This document shows positions 31,359 to 41,393 of a DNA stretch of 64,000 nucleotides, in pieces. The stretch comes from Acidimicrobiaceae bacterium (GTDB taxonomy: Bacteria; Actinomycetota; Acidimicrobiia; Acidimicrobiales; RAAP-2): positions 6,644 to 70,643 of the forward strand of contig DAIDKS010000001.1 in the NCBI GenBank assembly GCA_027449885.1. The letters run 5' to 3'. The notes below the pieces were generated by a model that saw only the letters and a program-made list of their open reading frames with translations, did not search any database and was not told the DNA's origin. The position numbers and the translations under genes are program-made. Within the stretch, counting starts at the first letter, position 1. The number at the start of each line of letters is the position of its first letter.

Positions 31359-31488
31359 GACCCAGTCCGGTCTTGGCGCTGCTGTCGGTTAGTTGTCACT
31401 GACTAACCAGACCACCGTTGACGTCCCCTGAAGTTGTGTAACTTCATGCTCGCGGAGGGCCAAGGCCGTACAGCCACAGGAGGTGGCA

Positions 31489-32592
31489 ATGCCCGACCCG
31501 AAATTCTTGAAGCCCTGGCACGGAGTTCCCCGCGAGATGATTGAGTGGCATCCCACCGTCCACGAGGACGCATGCATCGGCTGCGGCACCTGCGTGACCG
31601 GCTGTAGTCGGTTGGTCTATCGCTTCGACTACGACCGGATGAAGGCGATGGTCTTCGACCCCCTCAACTGCATGGTGGGCTGCACGACCTGCGCCAACAC
31701 ATGCCCAACTAACGCAATCGCCTTTCCACCGCTGCGCGACGTACTCGACCTTGAGCTGCGCGTGGACGTCCACCACGCAATCGAAGACGATCTAATATCG
31801 CGCCGTGATCAACTGCGGGCCGAGGACGTTACGCCACATCCCGACCGGGCGGTAGAGCTTCGCGTTGCTCACATCAACGACGCTACGCCCACCACGCGGC
31901 TCATCACACTGGTTCCGAGCAGTTCAGGTGACCACCTGGGTCAGTTCATTCCTGGGCAGTATCTCGAGGTCCAGGTGCCCGGCTCGCCATGGCTAGCCCG
32001 CGCGTACTCAATAGGCAACGCGCCCCGACCAGACGACTCGATCGAGTTGCAGATCCGACGTGTTTCGCACGGCCGATTCTCGAACTGGGCTTTCACGGAC
32101 GCGAGAGTCGGTGACTTGGTGGTCGGACGCGGGCCCGCGGGCCACTTCACGATGCGCTCACCGCTCGAGCGCCCCCTGATCTTCGTCGCGGGCGGCACGG
32201 GCTTCGCACCAGTCAAGGCGTTGATCGAGCAGCAGTTCGCTGAAGGCCATGAGCGCCGAATGCTGCTTGTCTGGGGAGTCAGCGATGCGATGGATTTCTA
32301 CGAGCTTGACATCATCGAGAACTGGCTCGACGATCATCCCCTCTTCGACTGCACACTAGCTGCGACGTCTTGGCCGGTGCAGGTGCACGTCCCGGCCAGG
32401 GCGAGCATCTTCACCGGCCTCGTCTCGGACGCGATCGCATCTTGCGGACTCGATCTGAGCGACTATGACGCTTACGTCGCTGGCCCGGCGGTGGCCATCG
32501 TGAACGTTGCCGCCTCACTTGGAGAGCGCGGTGTTGCTCACCAAAGGATCCTCGCAGACTCATTTGGCCTGCAGGCCCCTGACGTGAACTGA
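31489..32592 (+). CDS. 2x[4Fe-4S] ferredoxin fused to an FAD/NAD(P)-binding reductase
   Basis: CIGCGTCVTGC and CMVGCTTCANTCP; RAYSI, GRFS, GPAG, VAGGTGFAP, YVAGP, DSF. Confidence 0.85.
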   Translation: MPDPKFLKPWHGVPREMIEWHPTVHEDACIGCGTCVTGCSRLVYRFDYDRMKAMVFDPLNCMVGCTTCANTCPTNAIAFPPLRDVLDLELRVDVHHAIEDDLISRRDQLRAEDVTPHPDRAVELRVAHINDATPTTRLITLVPSSSGDHLGQFIPGQYLEVQVPGSPWLARAYSIGNAPRPDDSIELQIRRVSHGRFSNWAFTDARVGDLVVGRGPAGHFTMRSPLERPLIFVAGGTGFAPVKALIEQQFAEGHERRMLLVWGVSDAMDFYELDIIENWLDDHPLFDCTLAATSWPVQVHVPARASIFTGLVSDAIASCGLDLSDYDAYVAGPAVAIVNVAASLGERGVAHQRILADSFGLQAPDVN

Positions 32593-33013
32593 CGCACTCG
32601 TCCCAACGCGTCAGTTGTCGTCGAGCACGACGCACGTCACGGCACCCGCAGCGTCCCCATGGAGAAGTGACACGGCGAGTCGCCTTCCCAGCGTGCTTCA
32701 AGTACTCGATGCTTGACTCTTGACACTGGCGCTAGGGGGCGGGAGGGTGGATAATGATCAGGTGAGTGCATCGTATATCGACGATGGACGGAAGATCGTC
32801 GTCCCCCGTACTCGCGATCAGACCTGGCGAGAGTGGTCTGGGCGATCGAGTGCTACGCGCCGGAACCCCGAACACCAACCTCACGTTGGATTGGCGTGCG
32901 AACGCACGAGGTTTCGCGCGGGGAGGTGAACCTGAGGTGATCATCCGCCAAGGCTTATTGACTCCAGCAGTCACCGCCGACGTGGTCGTCGGCCTAGAGG
33001 AAGGGAGAGGGCA

Positions 33014-34264
33014 ATGAGCACCAGTCGACCGCGAGTTGTGATTCTTGGAGGGGGCTTCGCAGGCCTGCGATCCCTCTTTCGACTGCGCTCCCTGAGTCAT
33101 CGTGTCGACCTGACGCTCGTCGATCCCCGCGACTCGAGTCTGGCCCGGCCCTCACTGCCGGAAGTGGCTCTCGCCGGCAAGTCGGTCGAGCACTCGCGAT
33201 TCCCACTGCGAGGGCCAGTCACGCGCAGTGGCGCGACCTTCATACACCAGGCCGCGGAACGCGTCGAGGCCAGCGAGAGACGCGTGATCTTCCAGAACGG
33301 TGACGTCCTTCACTATGATTTTCTGCTGCTCGCCGTCGGCGCCCACAAGGACTACGACGCGATCGACGGCTTCCGGGAGTTCGGCTTCTCGCCCTGCGAC
33401 GACGAACAGGCTCCACGCCTCGCCCACGCCCTAGAGGCCTTCACGGGTGGGCCAATCGTCATCGGCTCAGCCAAGAGCAGTTGGGGCACTCGCGTGGAGG
33501 CCCCGCCGCTAGCCGCGCCGTGCGAGGGACCAGTCGCCGAGATCATGTTCATGCTCGACCATGAACTGCGTCAACGCGGACTTCGCGACAACAGCTCGAT
33601 ACGGGTCTTCAGCCCGGGGCACATCTTCTTCGAAGATGTCGGCCCACGGGTTCACGCTGACGTCGAGCCTCTTGTCAAGAGGGCTGAGATACAGGTGACG
33701 ACCGGCAAGGTGCTGCAGAGCCTCTCCGAGGGGAAGGTGCAGTTCGAAGACGGCTCGAGCTGGGACAGCGCACTCTCGATCGTGCTGCCTCCCTACGTGG
33801 GTAGTCCGCTGGTGGCGCGTTCGACGGGCCTTGGCGATGAGCGCGGCTTCGTGCCGACTGACACGACGATGCGCCACTTGGACTTCGAGCGCGTCTACGC
33901 CGCCGGCGATGGCACCTCGCTGTCGATGCCCAAGCTGGGCCACATCGCCGTGCAACAGGCCGACGTCGCAGCGGCCGCACTGGCCCAGGACCTCACCGGA
34001 CAGGGCGAGGTGCCCATCTATCGTCCAGAAGTCTTTTGCATCGCCAACCGTGGCGGGACTGAGGCGACCCTGATCTACTCGAACACTCTCTTCGGGGGCA
34101 CGACCGACCTCACCCTGGAGGGTCCGGCTGCTCATCTCATGAAGTGGGGCTTTGACGAGTACTACTTCCACACGGCCGGGCACCTTCCACCCGACATGGC
34201 CTCTGACGCTCTGGAGTTCATGCTGAAGAGCACACACGCGAGCAGCCGAGAGTCTGATGAGTAG
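33014..34264 (+). CDS. Sulfide:quinone-oxidoreductase-like flavoprotein
   Basis: ILGGGFAG, YDFLLLAVG, APCEGP and VFCIAN Cys pair, VYAAGD, PKLGHIA. Confidence 0.75.
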   Translation: MSTSRPRVVILGGGFAGLRSLFRLRSLSHRVDLTLVDPRDSSLARPSLPEVALAGKSVEHSRFPLRGPVTRSGATFIHQAAERVEASERRVIFQNGDVLHYDFLLLAVGAHKDYDAIDGFREFGFSPCDDEQAPRLAHALEAFTGGPIVIGSAKSSWGTRVEAPPLAAPCEGPVAEIMFMLDHELRQRGLRDNSSIRVFSPGHIFFEDVGPRVHADVEPLVKRAEIQVTTGKVLQSLSEGKVQFEDGSSWDSALSIVLPPYVGSPLVARSTGLGDERGFVPTDTTMRHLDFERVYAAGDGTSLSMPKLGHIAVQQADVAAAALAQDLTGQGEVPIYRPEVFCIANRGGTEATLIYSNTLFGGTTDLTLEGPAAHLMKWGFDEYYFHTAGHLPPDMASDALEFMLKSTHASSRESDE

Positions 34265-34306
34265 GCCTGGTTCCGAGCGCGGTCCTCGGCGCGAGTGCGA
34301 CGGACT

Positions 34307-36697
34307 ATGAGCACTCAGGACGGCCCTGGCCTCGAGGCCGAGGCGACACGCGACGCCGTCATGAACGAGGTCGGCCTTAGCCAAGTGGAAGCCGCCCGGC
34401 GCCTTGCCCTCGAGGGACCCAATGCGATCGCCGACGTGCGGCCACGGCGCTTCCTTGTGCTCGTCCACGAGTTCTGGGGTCTCGTTCCCTGGATGCTCGA
34501 AGCAGCCATCATCATCGACCTCTACTTGGGCAACTGGGTCCAGGCCGTCGTCATCGCTGCGCTACTCGTCTTCAACGCCGGTCTCGGCTTCTTCCAGCAG
34601 TCTCGGTCGCAGCGGGCTCTAGCGCTACTGCGCGAGAGACTCGAGATCACAGCACGGGTTCGCCGGGACGGCGTCTGGCAAGAGATCGCGGCGAACCAAC
34701 TGGTCAGCGGGGATCTGGTGCACCTGCGTGTCGGCGACATCGTCCCGGCCGACATCGTCGTCTCCAGCGGCTTCGCTCGCATCGACCAGTCCCAGTTGAC
34801 CGGTGAGTCGACCCCCGTCGAAGCGAGTGCCGGCACAGTGGTCTACGCCGGCTCACACGTGATCCACGGCGAGGTGGGAGGTTCGGTAACGGCGACCGGC
34901 CCACGTTCCTTCTACGGTAGAGCCGCCGAACTGGTGCGCGTGGCCGCTGCACCTCGCCGGCTGCAGATCCTGATCCTGCGGATCGCCCGCTATCTAGCCG
35001 TCGTTGTTGTAGCGCTGGCTCTCGCGGTCTTCCTGTACTGGGGCCTGACAGGTCGCTCGATCGTCGACATGCTGCCCTTCGGACTGATGCTGCTGGTCGC
35101 CTCGGTGCCGGTCGCCCTGCCCGCCATGTTCACCATGTCCGCCACTCTCGGCGCCCAGGGCCTAGCGAAGAATGGGATCCTGGTGACCCGTCTCTCGACA
35201 ATCGAGGACGCGGCCAGCATGGACGTCATCTGCCTGGACAAGACGGGCACCGTGACCGAGAACCACCTCCGCGTCGAGTCAATCCAGACCGTGGGTCCGA
35301 CCGAGGCCGATGAGGTGCTGCGTTGGGCGGCCCTCGCCTGTGACGAGGCCACCCAGGACCCAATCGATCTCGCCATCTTGGCGCGAGCACGCGAGCGCGG
35401 CGTGCGCGTCGACACGCCTCTGGAGTCCTTCATCCCCTTTGACCCCGTGACCAAGCGCTCCGAGGCACTCTGGCTCGAGCACGGTGAGGCGCGCCGGTCT
35501 GTCAAGGGCGCCCCCGCCGTGGTGGCCAGCCTCACTGGCGAGTCGGCGGAGCGCGTCGAGGCCGCAGCAGAGGAGATGTCGGCACGCGGTTTGCGCGTGC
35601 TGGCGATCGCCGCGGGTACCCCCACGCAGCTCGACGTCGTCGGATTCGTGGCCCTCGCCGATCCGCCACGCCCGGAGTCGAGTGAGGTGATCGCGCACCT
35701 GCGTGGCGCCGGTGTGAGAACGCTGCTCGTCACCGGCGACTCCGCCGCCACCGCGCACGCGATCGCCCAACAGATCGGCATCTCCGGCCCAGTGGCCCCG
35801 CCGGGAACACTGCGAGAGGGACTGAGCCCAGTGGACATCGAGGGCTTCGAGGTGTTCGCGGGTGCCCTGCCCCAGGACAAGTTCTTCCTCGTCGAAGCCT
35901 TGCAGAGGGCGGGACACGTGGTCGGCATGACCGGCGATGGGGTCAACGACGCGCCGGCATTGCGCCAGGCCGACGTGGGCATCGCTGTCGCTGGCGCCAC
36001 CGACGTGGCCCGCGCGGCGGCCAGTCTTGTCCTGACTCGTCCTGGACTCACCGAGCTCATGATGGCGGTGCAGGGCAGTCGGCGCATCTACCAGCGGATG
36101 AAGACCTTCGTCGTCACGATGCTCGCCCGCAAGATTGGCATTCCCGTCTTCCTCGCCGGCGGAGTCGTGCTGGCGAAGACTTTCGTCACGACGCCCACGC
36201 TGATCGTGCTTCTCATGTTCGGTACCGACATCGCGACGATGACGCTCTCGACCGACCAGGTGGTCGCGTCCCCCGGACCGGATCGCTGGTCAGTCTCCTC
36301 GCTCGTGTCCACGGGCGCGATCATTGGTGCCTTGCTCGTGGGCATCAGCACGGCCGTGTACCTGAGTCGGTACATCTTCTCCCTGACGCTGGGCCAGACG
36401 CAGACTCTCGTCTTCGTCTGGTTGGTCTTCGGCGCTGCCCAGGGGATCCTCTACCTCATGCGCAACCCGAAGTGGTTCTGGACTCGCCCGTACCCCAGCC
36501 GGATGCTGGCGCTGAGCACCGTCCTCGATGTCGTGCTCGTGGGCGTCATCGCCTGGGCGGGTTGGCTCACCGCGCCCCTCTCCCCGGTGCTGATCGCCGC
36601 GACACTGGGCCTCGCTGTGATCTTTCTGCTGATCGCCGACGTGGTGAAGGTCTCCCTAGCAAGCGCCAATGCGCGCCCGGCGCGTCACCACAACTAA
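34307..36697 (+). CDS. P-type ATPase, P3A proton-exporting type
   Basis: PWMLEAA, LTGES, VPVALPAM, DKTGT, QDPID, FDPVTKR, KGAP, TGD, MTGDGVNDAPAL, TM6 Asp in GTDIA. Confidence 0.85.
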   Translation: MSTQDGPGLEAEATRDAVMNEVGLSQVEAARRLALEGPNAIADVRPRRFLVLVHEFWGLVPWMLEAAIIIDLYLGNWVQAVVIAALLVFNAGLGFFQQSRSQRALALLRERLEITARVRRDGVWQEIAANQLVSGDLVHLRVGDIVPADIVVSSGFARIDQSQLTGESTPVEASAGTVVYAGSHVIHGEVGGSVTATGPRSFYGRAAELVRVAAAPRRLQILILRIARYLAVVVVALALAVFLYWGLTGRSIVDMLPFGLMLLVASVPVALPAMFTMSATLGAQGLAKNGILVTRLSTIEDAASMDVICLDKTGTVTENHLRVESIQTVGPTEADEVLRWAALACDEATQDPIDLAILARARERGVRVDTPLESFIPFDPVTKRSEALWLEHGEARRSVKGAPAVVASLTGESAERVEAAAEEMSARGLRVLAIAAGTPTQLDVVGFVALADPPRPESSEVIAHLRGAGVRTLLVTGDSAATAHAIAQQIGISGPVAPPGTLREGLSPVDIEGFEVFAGALPQDKFFLVEALQRAGHVVGMTGDGVNDAPALRQADVGIAVAGATDVARAAASLVLTRPGLTELMMAVQGSRRIYQRMKTFVVTMLARKIGIPVFLAGGVVLAKTFVTTPTLIVLLMFGTDIATMTLSTDQVVASPGPDRWSVSSLVSTGAIIGALLVGISTAVYLSRYIFSLTLGQTQTLVFVWLVFGAAQGILYLMRNPKWFWTRPYPSRMLALSTVLDVVLVGVIAWAGWLTAPLSPVLIAATLGLAVIFLLIADVVKVSLASANARPARHHN

Positions 36698-36954
36698 ACG
36701 TCTCCCTCGCGACTCGCCCGGGACCTTCGGTGGCGAGCTGTCGAGTGTCACCAATCGCCGCTCCACCGACTTCGGTGCGACTCGTGACCCAACGTCGCCC
36801 CGCCGTTGAACGCCACGCGCCGGTCAACACGCCCGAGCGCCGGTCGGGACTTTCGACCCTAGTGGCGATCCATCCATACATCTACATTGATCAATAGAGC
36901 AATCTAGAGGCCAGACGGGGGGCGGGCCTCGACCGACGGGATGGGAGGCTTCCC

Positions 36955-38181
36955 ATGAGCAGGATCGACCCTCGAGCTCAGTACGAGATCATCGGCGTGG
37001 AGGTGGTCGAGGAGGTGGACCTCGACGGCGACGGCTCGGTCAGCGAGCGCATCGCCCAACCCGGCGACTCGAGCGGCGCGCCGCTCAGCGGGCTGCGAGG
37101 ATTCCATCCCGGCTGGTTCGGCGCGGTCATGGGCACGGCGATCATCGGTGTGGCCGCCTCCCTGAATCCCGGCCACCTCCCGTCGCTCGCCTCGAGCGCG
37201 CGCGTGACCGGCCAGATCATGACCATCGTCTCCTTCGCACTCGCCCTCGGGTTGGTCATCCCTTACCTCGGGCGCATATTCCTTCACCCCGAGGCTGCTC
37301 TGGCGGACCTGCGTAGTCCGAGCGTGGGTGCGTTGTATGGCACTCTCCCGGGCGGGATCCTCGTGCTCGCCGCGACCTTCGCGTCCGTGGGCCCGACCTG
37401 GTTCGCCGCTTCAACCGTGCACACGACCGTCGCCTGGCTCGACTGGGTGGGCATCCCGCTCGCCCTCGGCGTGAGCGTCCTGTTCGCCTTCCTCCTCTTC
37501 GTGCGCGCCGAGCTCGATCCCGAGGCGGTGAACGGCAGCTGGTTCATCCCGCCCGTCGTCAACATCGTCGTGCCGCTGGTGCTCACCCCCCTCGTGCCCG
37601 GCGTCTCGCCGACCTCGGCGCGCACCCTGCTCTTCCTCGGCTACGGGTTCTGGGGCATGGGCTTCATCCTCTACCTCGTGCTGCTGACCATGCTCTACCA
37701 GCGCCTGACGATGCACGCCCTGCCCCACGCCGGTCTGGCACCCTCGCTGTGGATCGGGCTCGGACCCATTGGCGTCGGCAGCCTCGCGCTACTCAGGCTC
37801 GCCGCGGTGAGCGCGCCCGTGTTCGGGATCTACGCGACGAGCGTGCAACTCGCCTCCAAGATCGTCGCGACCATGCTCTGGGGATTCGGCGCGTGGTGGC
37901 TGCTCGCGGCCGTCGCGCTCCTCGCCCACTACCTTCGTTCGGGTGCTCTGCCCTACGGCGTGGGTTGGTGGGGCTTCACCTTCCCACTCGGTGCCTTCAC
38001 GGTGTCGACGCTGGCGCTGGCCGGAGCCTGGAGCCTCACCAGCCTCCAGTGGGTGGGAGCGGGGCTGTTCGTGCTACTGGTCGCCTTCTGGGTGCTCGTA
38101 GCCGTCGGCACACTTCGTTCGCTCGGCGCCCAGCGCCGCAGCGCACTGTCCTCGCCAACGATTTCGTTCTCACACCGATAG
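36955..38181 (+). CDS. TDT/SLAC1-family anion transporter (tellurite/dicarboxylate/sulfite)
   Basis: PGWFGAVMGT, WFIPPV, WIGLGPIG, WWGFTFPLG. Confidence 0.88.
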   Translation: MSRIDPRAQYEIIGVEVVEEVDLDGDGSVSERIAQPGDSSGAPLSGLRGFHPGWFGAVMGTAIIGVAASLNPGHLPSLASSARVTGQIMTIVSFALALGLVIPYLGRIFLHPEAALADLRSPSVGALYGTLPGGILVLAATFASVGPTWFAASTVHTTVAWLDWVGIPLALGVSVLFAFLLFVRAELDPEAVNGSWFIPPVVNIVVPLVLTPLVPGVSPTSARTLLFLGYGFWGMGFILYLVLLTMLYQRLTMHALPHAGLAPSLWIGLGPIGVGSLALLRLAAVSAPVFGIYATSVQLASKIVATMLWGFGAWWLLAAVALLAHYLRSGALPYGVGWWGFTFPLGAFTVSTLALAGAWSLTSLQWVGAGLFVLLVAFWVLVAVGTLRSLGAQRRSALSSPTISFSHR

Positions 38182-38189
38182 GAGACACC

Positions 38190-38570
38190 ATGAGCCAGAA
38201 CACCGCCAGTCCCGTTGACGTGGAGACGATCCTCGCGGGCATGTGGGCCTCGATGGGCGAGGTCCCGTCCGCCATCCAGAAGGCCGCCGCGGTGGACGTA
38301 GCCATGGTGGCCGAGCAAGTGCGCTCCAGCGCCTTCGCCATGCCCCCTGAGAACGGCTCGCTGAGCCCGGAGACCCGCACGCTTATCTACCTCGCCGTCG
38401 CCCTGGCGACCTCCAACGCCGCCTGCACGCGCGCCATGGTGAACAAGGCGCGCGTGCAGTCCATCGAGTCAGACAAGCTGCTCGAGGCGCTGCACATCGC
38501 TCGCTACGCCATGGCCACCCAGGTCATCGGCAACGCCGAGCCCGTCTACGACCTCATCAGCGAGCGCTGA
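38190..38570 (+). CDS. CMD/AhpD-like protein
   Basis: LSPETRTLIYLAVALA...CTRAM...EALHIA; AGGAGA RBS. Confidence 0.7.
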   Translation: MSQNTASPVDVETILAGMWASMGEVPSAIQKAAAVDVAMVAEQVRSSAFAMPPENGSLSPETRTLIYLAVALATSNAACTRAMVNKARVQSIESDKLLEALHIARYAMATQVIGNAEPVYDLISER

Positions 38571-38711
38571 GTCGGTGCCAGGGCCCGCGTCGCCAGCCAT
38601 GGTGTCACGTCGTGCCGCCGCCGCAGACGCCCGGGGCCCATCGTGCGTTGAGGATCACGATCGATCGGCGACGAGCGGCACCCGGCGCACGCCCAAGGAG
38701 AGGAGAGAGAC

Positions 38712-39389
38712 ATGCTGACTCTGGCTGCGCGACTCGTCCGAGCAACGCTTCGGCGCGCCGGTCGCGCGCGTCTCGAGTCCCGCCAGTTGCTCTCGATGAG
38801 CATTCTGGCGGGCGTCGCGATGCTCATCCCCTGGACGTCGTTCCTCGCCGTGACGCTGCCCTCGCACTTTCGCGCCCACAACTGGAGTGTGACCTGGGTC
38901 GGCTTCGACGCGGCCCTGATGCTGGTGCTCATCGCCACCGCCTGGGCGGCGTGGTTCCGCCGACAGGTACTCGCCGCCCTGTCCGTGGTTGCGGCCACGA
39001 TGCTGCTGTGTGATGCGTGGTTCGACGTCAACACCGCATGGGGAACCCACGGAGTGAAGGTGAGCATCGCCACGGCGCTGGCTGGCAACATCCCGCTGTC
39101 TCTCGCGCTCCTCTGGCTGACGAGGCGGATTCTGCTCGGCACCGCTGCGGTCGTGGCCGTTGCCACGCACCGAACCGAGGTTCCGCACCGGGCGATCGAT
39201 GTTGCCATCCCCGTTCTCGGCACACGTCGCGGCGCGCACGCCCGCCCGGCGCGCGAGCTTCAGTCGCGGTCGAGCGTGACTCCCAGCTCGGCGAGCAACG
39301 CCCTCACGCGCGCATCCACGTCGTCCACGATGCGCCGCACGGTCTCGAGGTCCTGCCCGGCGGGATCCTCCACCTCCCAGTCGAGATAG
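38712..39389 (+). CDS. Hypothetical membrane protein; 3' end overlaps arsC
   Basis: AGGAGAG RBS; four TMs, WVGFD and CDAWFDV. Confidence 0.6.
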   Translation: MLTLAARLVRATLRRAGRARLESRQLLSMSILAGVAMLIPWTSFLAVTLPSHFRAHNWSVTWVGFDAALMLVLIATAWAAWFRRQVLAALSVVAATMLLCDAWFDVNTAWGTHGVKVSIATALAGNIPLSLALLWLTRRILLGTAAVVAVATHRTEVPHRAIDVAIPVLGTRRGAHARPARELQSRSSVTPSSASNALTRASTSSTMRRTVSRSCPAGSSTSQSR

Positions 39390-39721
39390 CGCTTACCGGG
39401 AAAGAAGGGGCACGTTTCCCCGCAGCCCATGGTCACGACGACGTCAGCGTCCTCGACCAGGTCAGAGGTCAGCAGCGTGGGCACCTCGTCGTCGGTACGC
39501 AGTCCGCGCTCGGCGAGCACCGCGGCCACCAGCGGGTTGACGCCCGAGCCCGGCTCCGAACCCGCTGAGGCGACGCCGACACGTCCACGCGCATAGTGCT
39601 CGGTGAGGATCTTGGCTGCGACCGAACGACCGGAGTTGTGGATGCAGGCATAGAGCACGACGGGAAGCCGCGCTGGCACACCCTCTGTGCCAGCTGCGCG
39701 CGACTGGATCGGTTCACTCAT
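39260..39721 (-). CDS. arsC: Arsenate reductase, LMW-PTPase fold
   Basis: CIHNSGRS, SAGSEP, TMGCGETCP, WEVEDPAG. Confidence 0.92.
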   Translation of the reverse strand: MSEPIQSRAAGTEGVPARLPVVLYACIHNSGRSVAAKILTEHYARGRVGVASAGSEPGSGVNPLVAAVLAERGLRTDDEVPTLLTSDLVEDADVVVTMGCGETCPFFPGKRYLDWEVEDPAGQDLETVRRIVDDVDARVRALLAELGVTLDRD

Positions 39722-40809
39722 GCGGTTGTCTCCTTGGTCGAGGGATAGAAGCGCCGACGGGCCCAGAGCGAGACGTACACCAGTCCCACCAAGGCGGGCA
39801 CCTCGATCAGGGGACCCACCACACCCGCCAGCGCCTGGCCCGAGGTCACGCCGAATGTGCCGATGGCGACGGCGATGGCCAACTCGAAATTGTTGCCGGC
39901 CGCCGTGAAGGCCAGGGTGGCCGTGCGCGGATAGGACAGTCCCAACGCTCGGCCGGTGAAGAACGCAACACCCCACATGATGGCGAAGTAGCACAGCAGG
40001 GGGAGTGCGATGCGAGCCACGCTCATCGGCTCGTGGGTGATGGCGCTGCCCTGCAGGGCGAAGAGTATGACGATCGTAAAGAGCAGACCGTACAGCGCGA
40101 AGGGCCCAAGACGCGGGAGAAGGCGCGTCTCGTACCACTCGCGCCCGCGACGGCGCTCGCCGAATGTGCGCGTGAGGTATCCGGCCAGGAGCGGGATCCC
40201 CAGGAAGATCAGCACGCTGCGCGCGATCCCCCACATCGACACGTCCACCTGAGTCGTGGGCAGGCCCATCCAGCCGGGCAACACCTTCAGATAGAAGTAG
40301 CCGAGAATCGCGAAGGCCACGATCTGAAACAGCGAGTTGATGGCCACGAGTACCGCGGCGGCCGTGTCATCGCCACAGGCCAGGTCGTTCCAGATGAGGA
40401 CCATCGCAATGCAGCGAGCCAGGCCGACGAGAATCAGTCCGGTGCGATAGGCCGGCAGGTCGTAGAGGAAGATCCACGCCAGAGCGAACATCAGCGTGGG
40501 CCCCACCACCCAGTTGAGAATCAGTGAGGGCATGAGAAGACGCCGATCAGCGGTCACCCGGTTGATCTCGCCATAGCGAACCTTGGCGAGTACGGGGTAC
40601 ATCATGACCAGCAGTCCTAACGCGATGGGCAGGCTAGTGCCGGCAATCTGCACGTGCTCCAGCGCAGTGTTCAAGCTCGGAACGAGGCGCCCCAGTCCAA
40701 TGCCCAGGACCATGGCCAGCCCGATCCACACCGGCAAGAACCGATTGACCACTGAGAGGTGCCCGACAACATGGGCCTCGGCGTCCGTGACCGCGCGCTC
40801 AGCGACCAC
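39718..40809 (-). CDS. acr3: Acr3 arsenite efflux permease
   Basis: MMYPVLAKV, LNWVVGP, GLARCIAMV, GNNFELAIAV, GPLIEVP. Confidence 0.95.
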   Translation of the reverse strand: MVAERAVTDAEAHVVGHLSVVNRFLPVWIGLAMVLGIGLGRLVPSLNTALEHVQIAGTSLPIALGLLVMMYPVLAKVRYGEINRVTADRRLLMPSLILNWVVGPTLMFALAWIFLYDLPAYRTGLILVGLARCIAMVLIWNDLACGDDTAAAVLVAINSLFQIVAFAILGYFYLKVLPGWMGLPTTQVDVSMWGIARSVLIFLGIPLLAGYLTRTFGERRRGREWYETRLLPRLGPFALYGLLFTIVILFALQGSAITHEPMSVARIALPLLCYFAIMWGVAFFTGRALGLSYPRTATLAFTAAGNNFELAIAVAIGTFGVTSGQALAGVVGPLIEVPALVGLVYVSLWARRRFYPSTKETTA

Positions 40810-40985
40810 GGGTCCACCGAGCGTTCTCCGATGTGGGCCGCGTACGCCGTGGGGCGACCCCAGACGCACCTGACTTCTCGATCACCGCGACGCCTTTCGT
40901 GCTAAGCCTATTGACGCATCTGAATGTATCATGGAGTCATCGCGGCTCCGACCGTCCTCGCCGCGACGGAGAGACTGGACACATC

Positions 40986-41348
40986 GTGAGTGCTACCCGA
41001 TCCACTACCCGAGCGGCACAGGCGGGCGATGCCGTGCGCGTGCTTGTGGCGCCGGACGCCGAGCCCATCGACGTGCGCGACGCTGAAGCCTTGGCGCGCA
41101 CGATGAGCGCCTTAGCGGACCCAGTGCGAATCCAGTTGCTCTCCATCGTGGCCAGTCGCGGCGAGGTCTGCTCCTGCGAGCTGATTGAGCCACTGGGTAA
41201 GAGCCAGCCCACCGTCAGCCATCACACGACAGTGCTCGCCAACGCCGGGCTCTTGCTGGGAGAGAAGAGGGGCCGATGGACGTGGTGGCGCGTTGATCCT
41301 CAGGCGCTCGGCGACGTGCGCCGCGCTCTGGGAGGTTCGAGCGCATGA
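40986..41348 (+). CDS. arsR: ArsR/SmtB repressor
   Basis: ALADPVRIQLL, EVCSCEL, SQPTVSHH. Confidence 0.88.
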   Translation: MSATRSTTRAAQAGDAVRVLVAPDAEPIDVRDAEALARTMSALADPVRIQLLSIVASRGEVCSCELIEPLGKSQPTVSHHTTVLANAGLLLGEKRGRWTWWRVDPQALGDVRRALGGSSA

Positions 41349-41393
41349 ACCGCAGAGCGCGCTCGCGAACACCTTTGATCGCTACCATGAGCG

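Noticed and set aside
32720-33017. Short ORFs before the SQR-like gene, possibly a decayed DsrE gene
   Set aside because: Similarity is too weak to support by eye
36885-36900. ATTGATCAAT palindrome upstream of the TDT gene
   Set aside because: Could be an operator, but it is short and no regulator can be assigned
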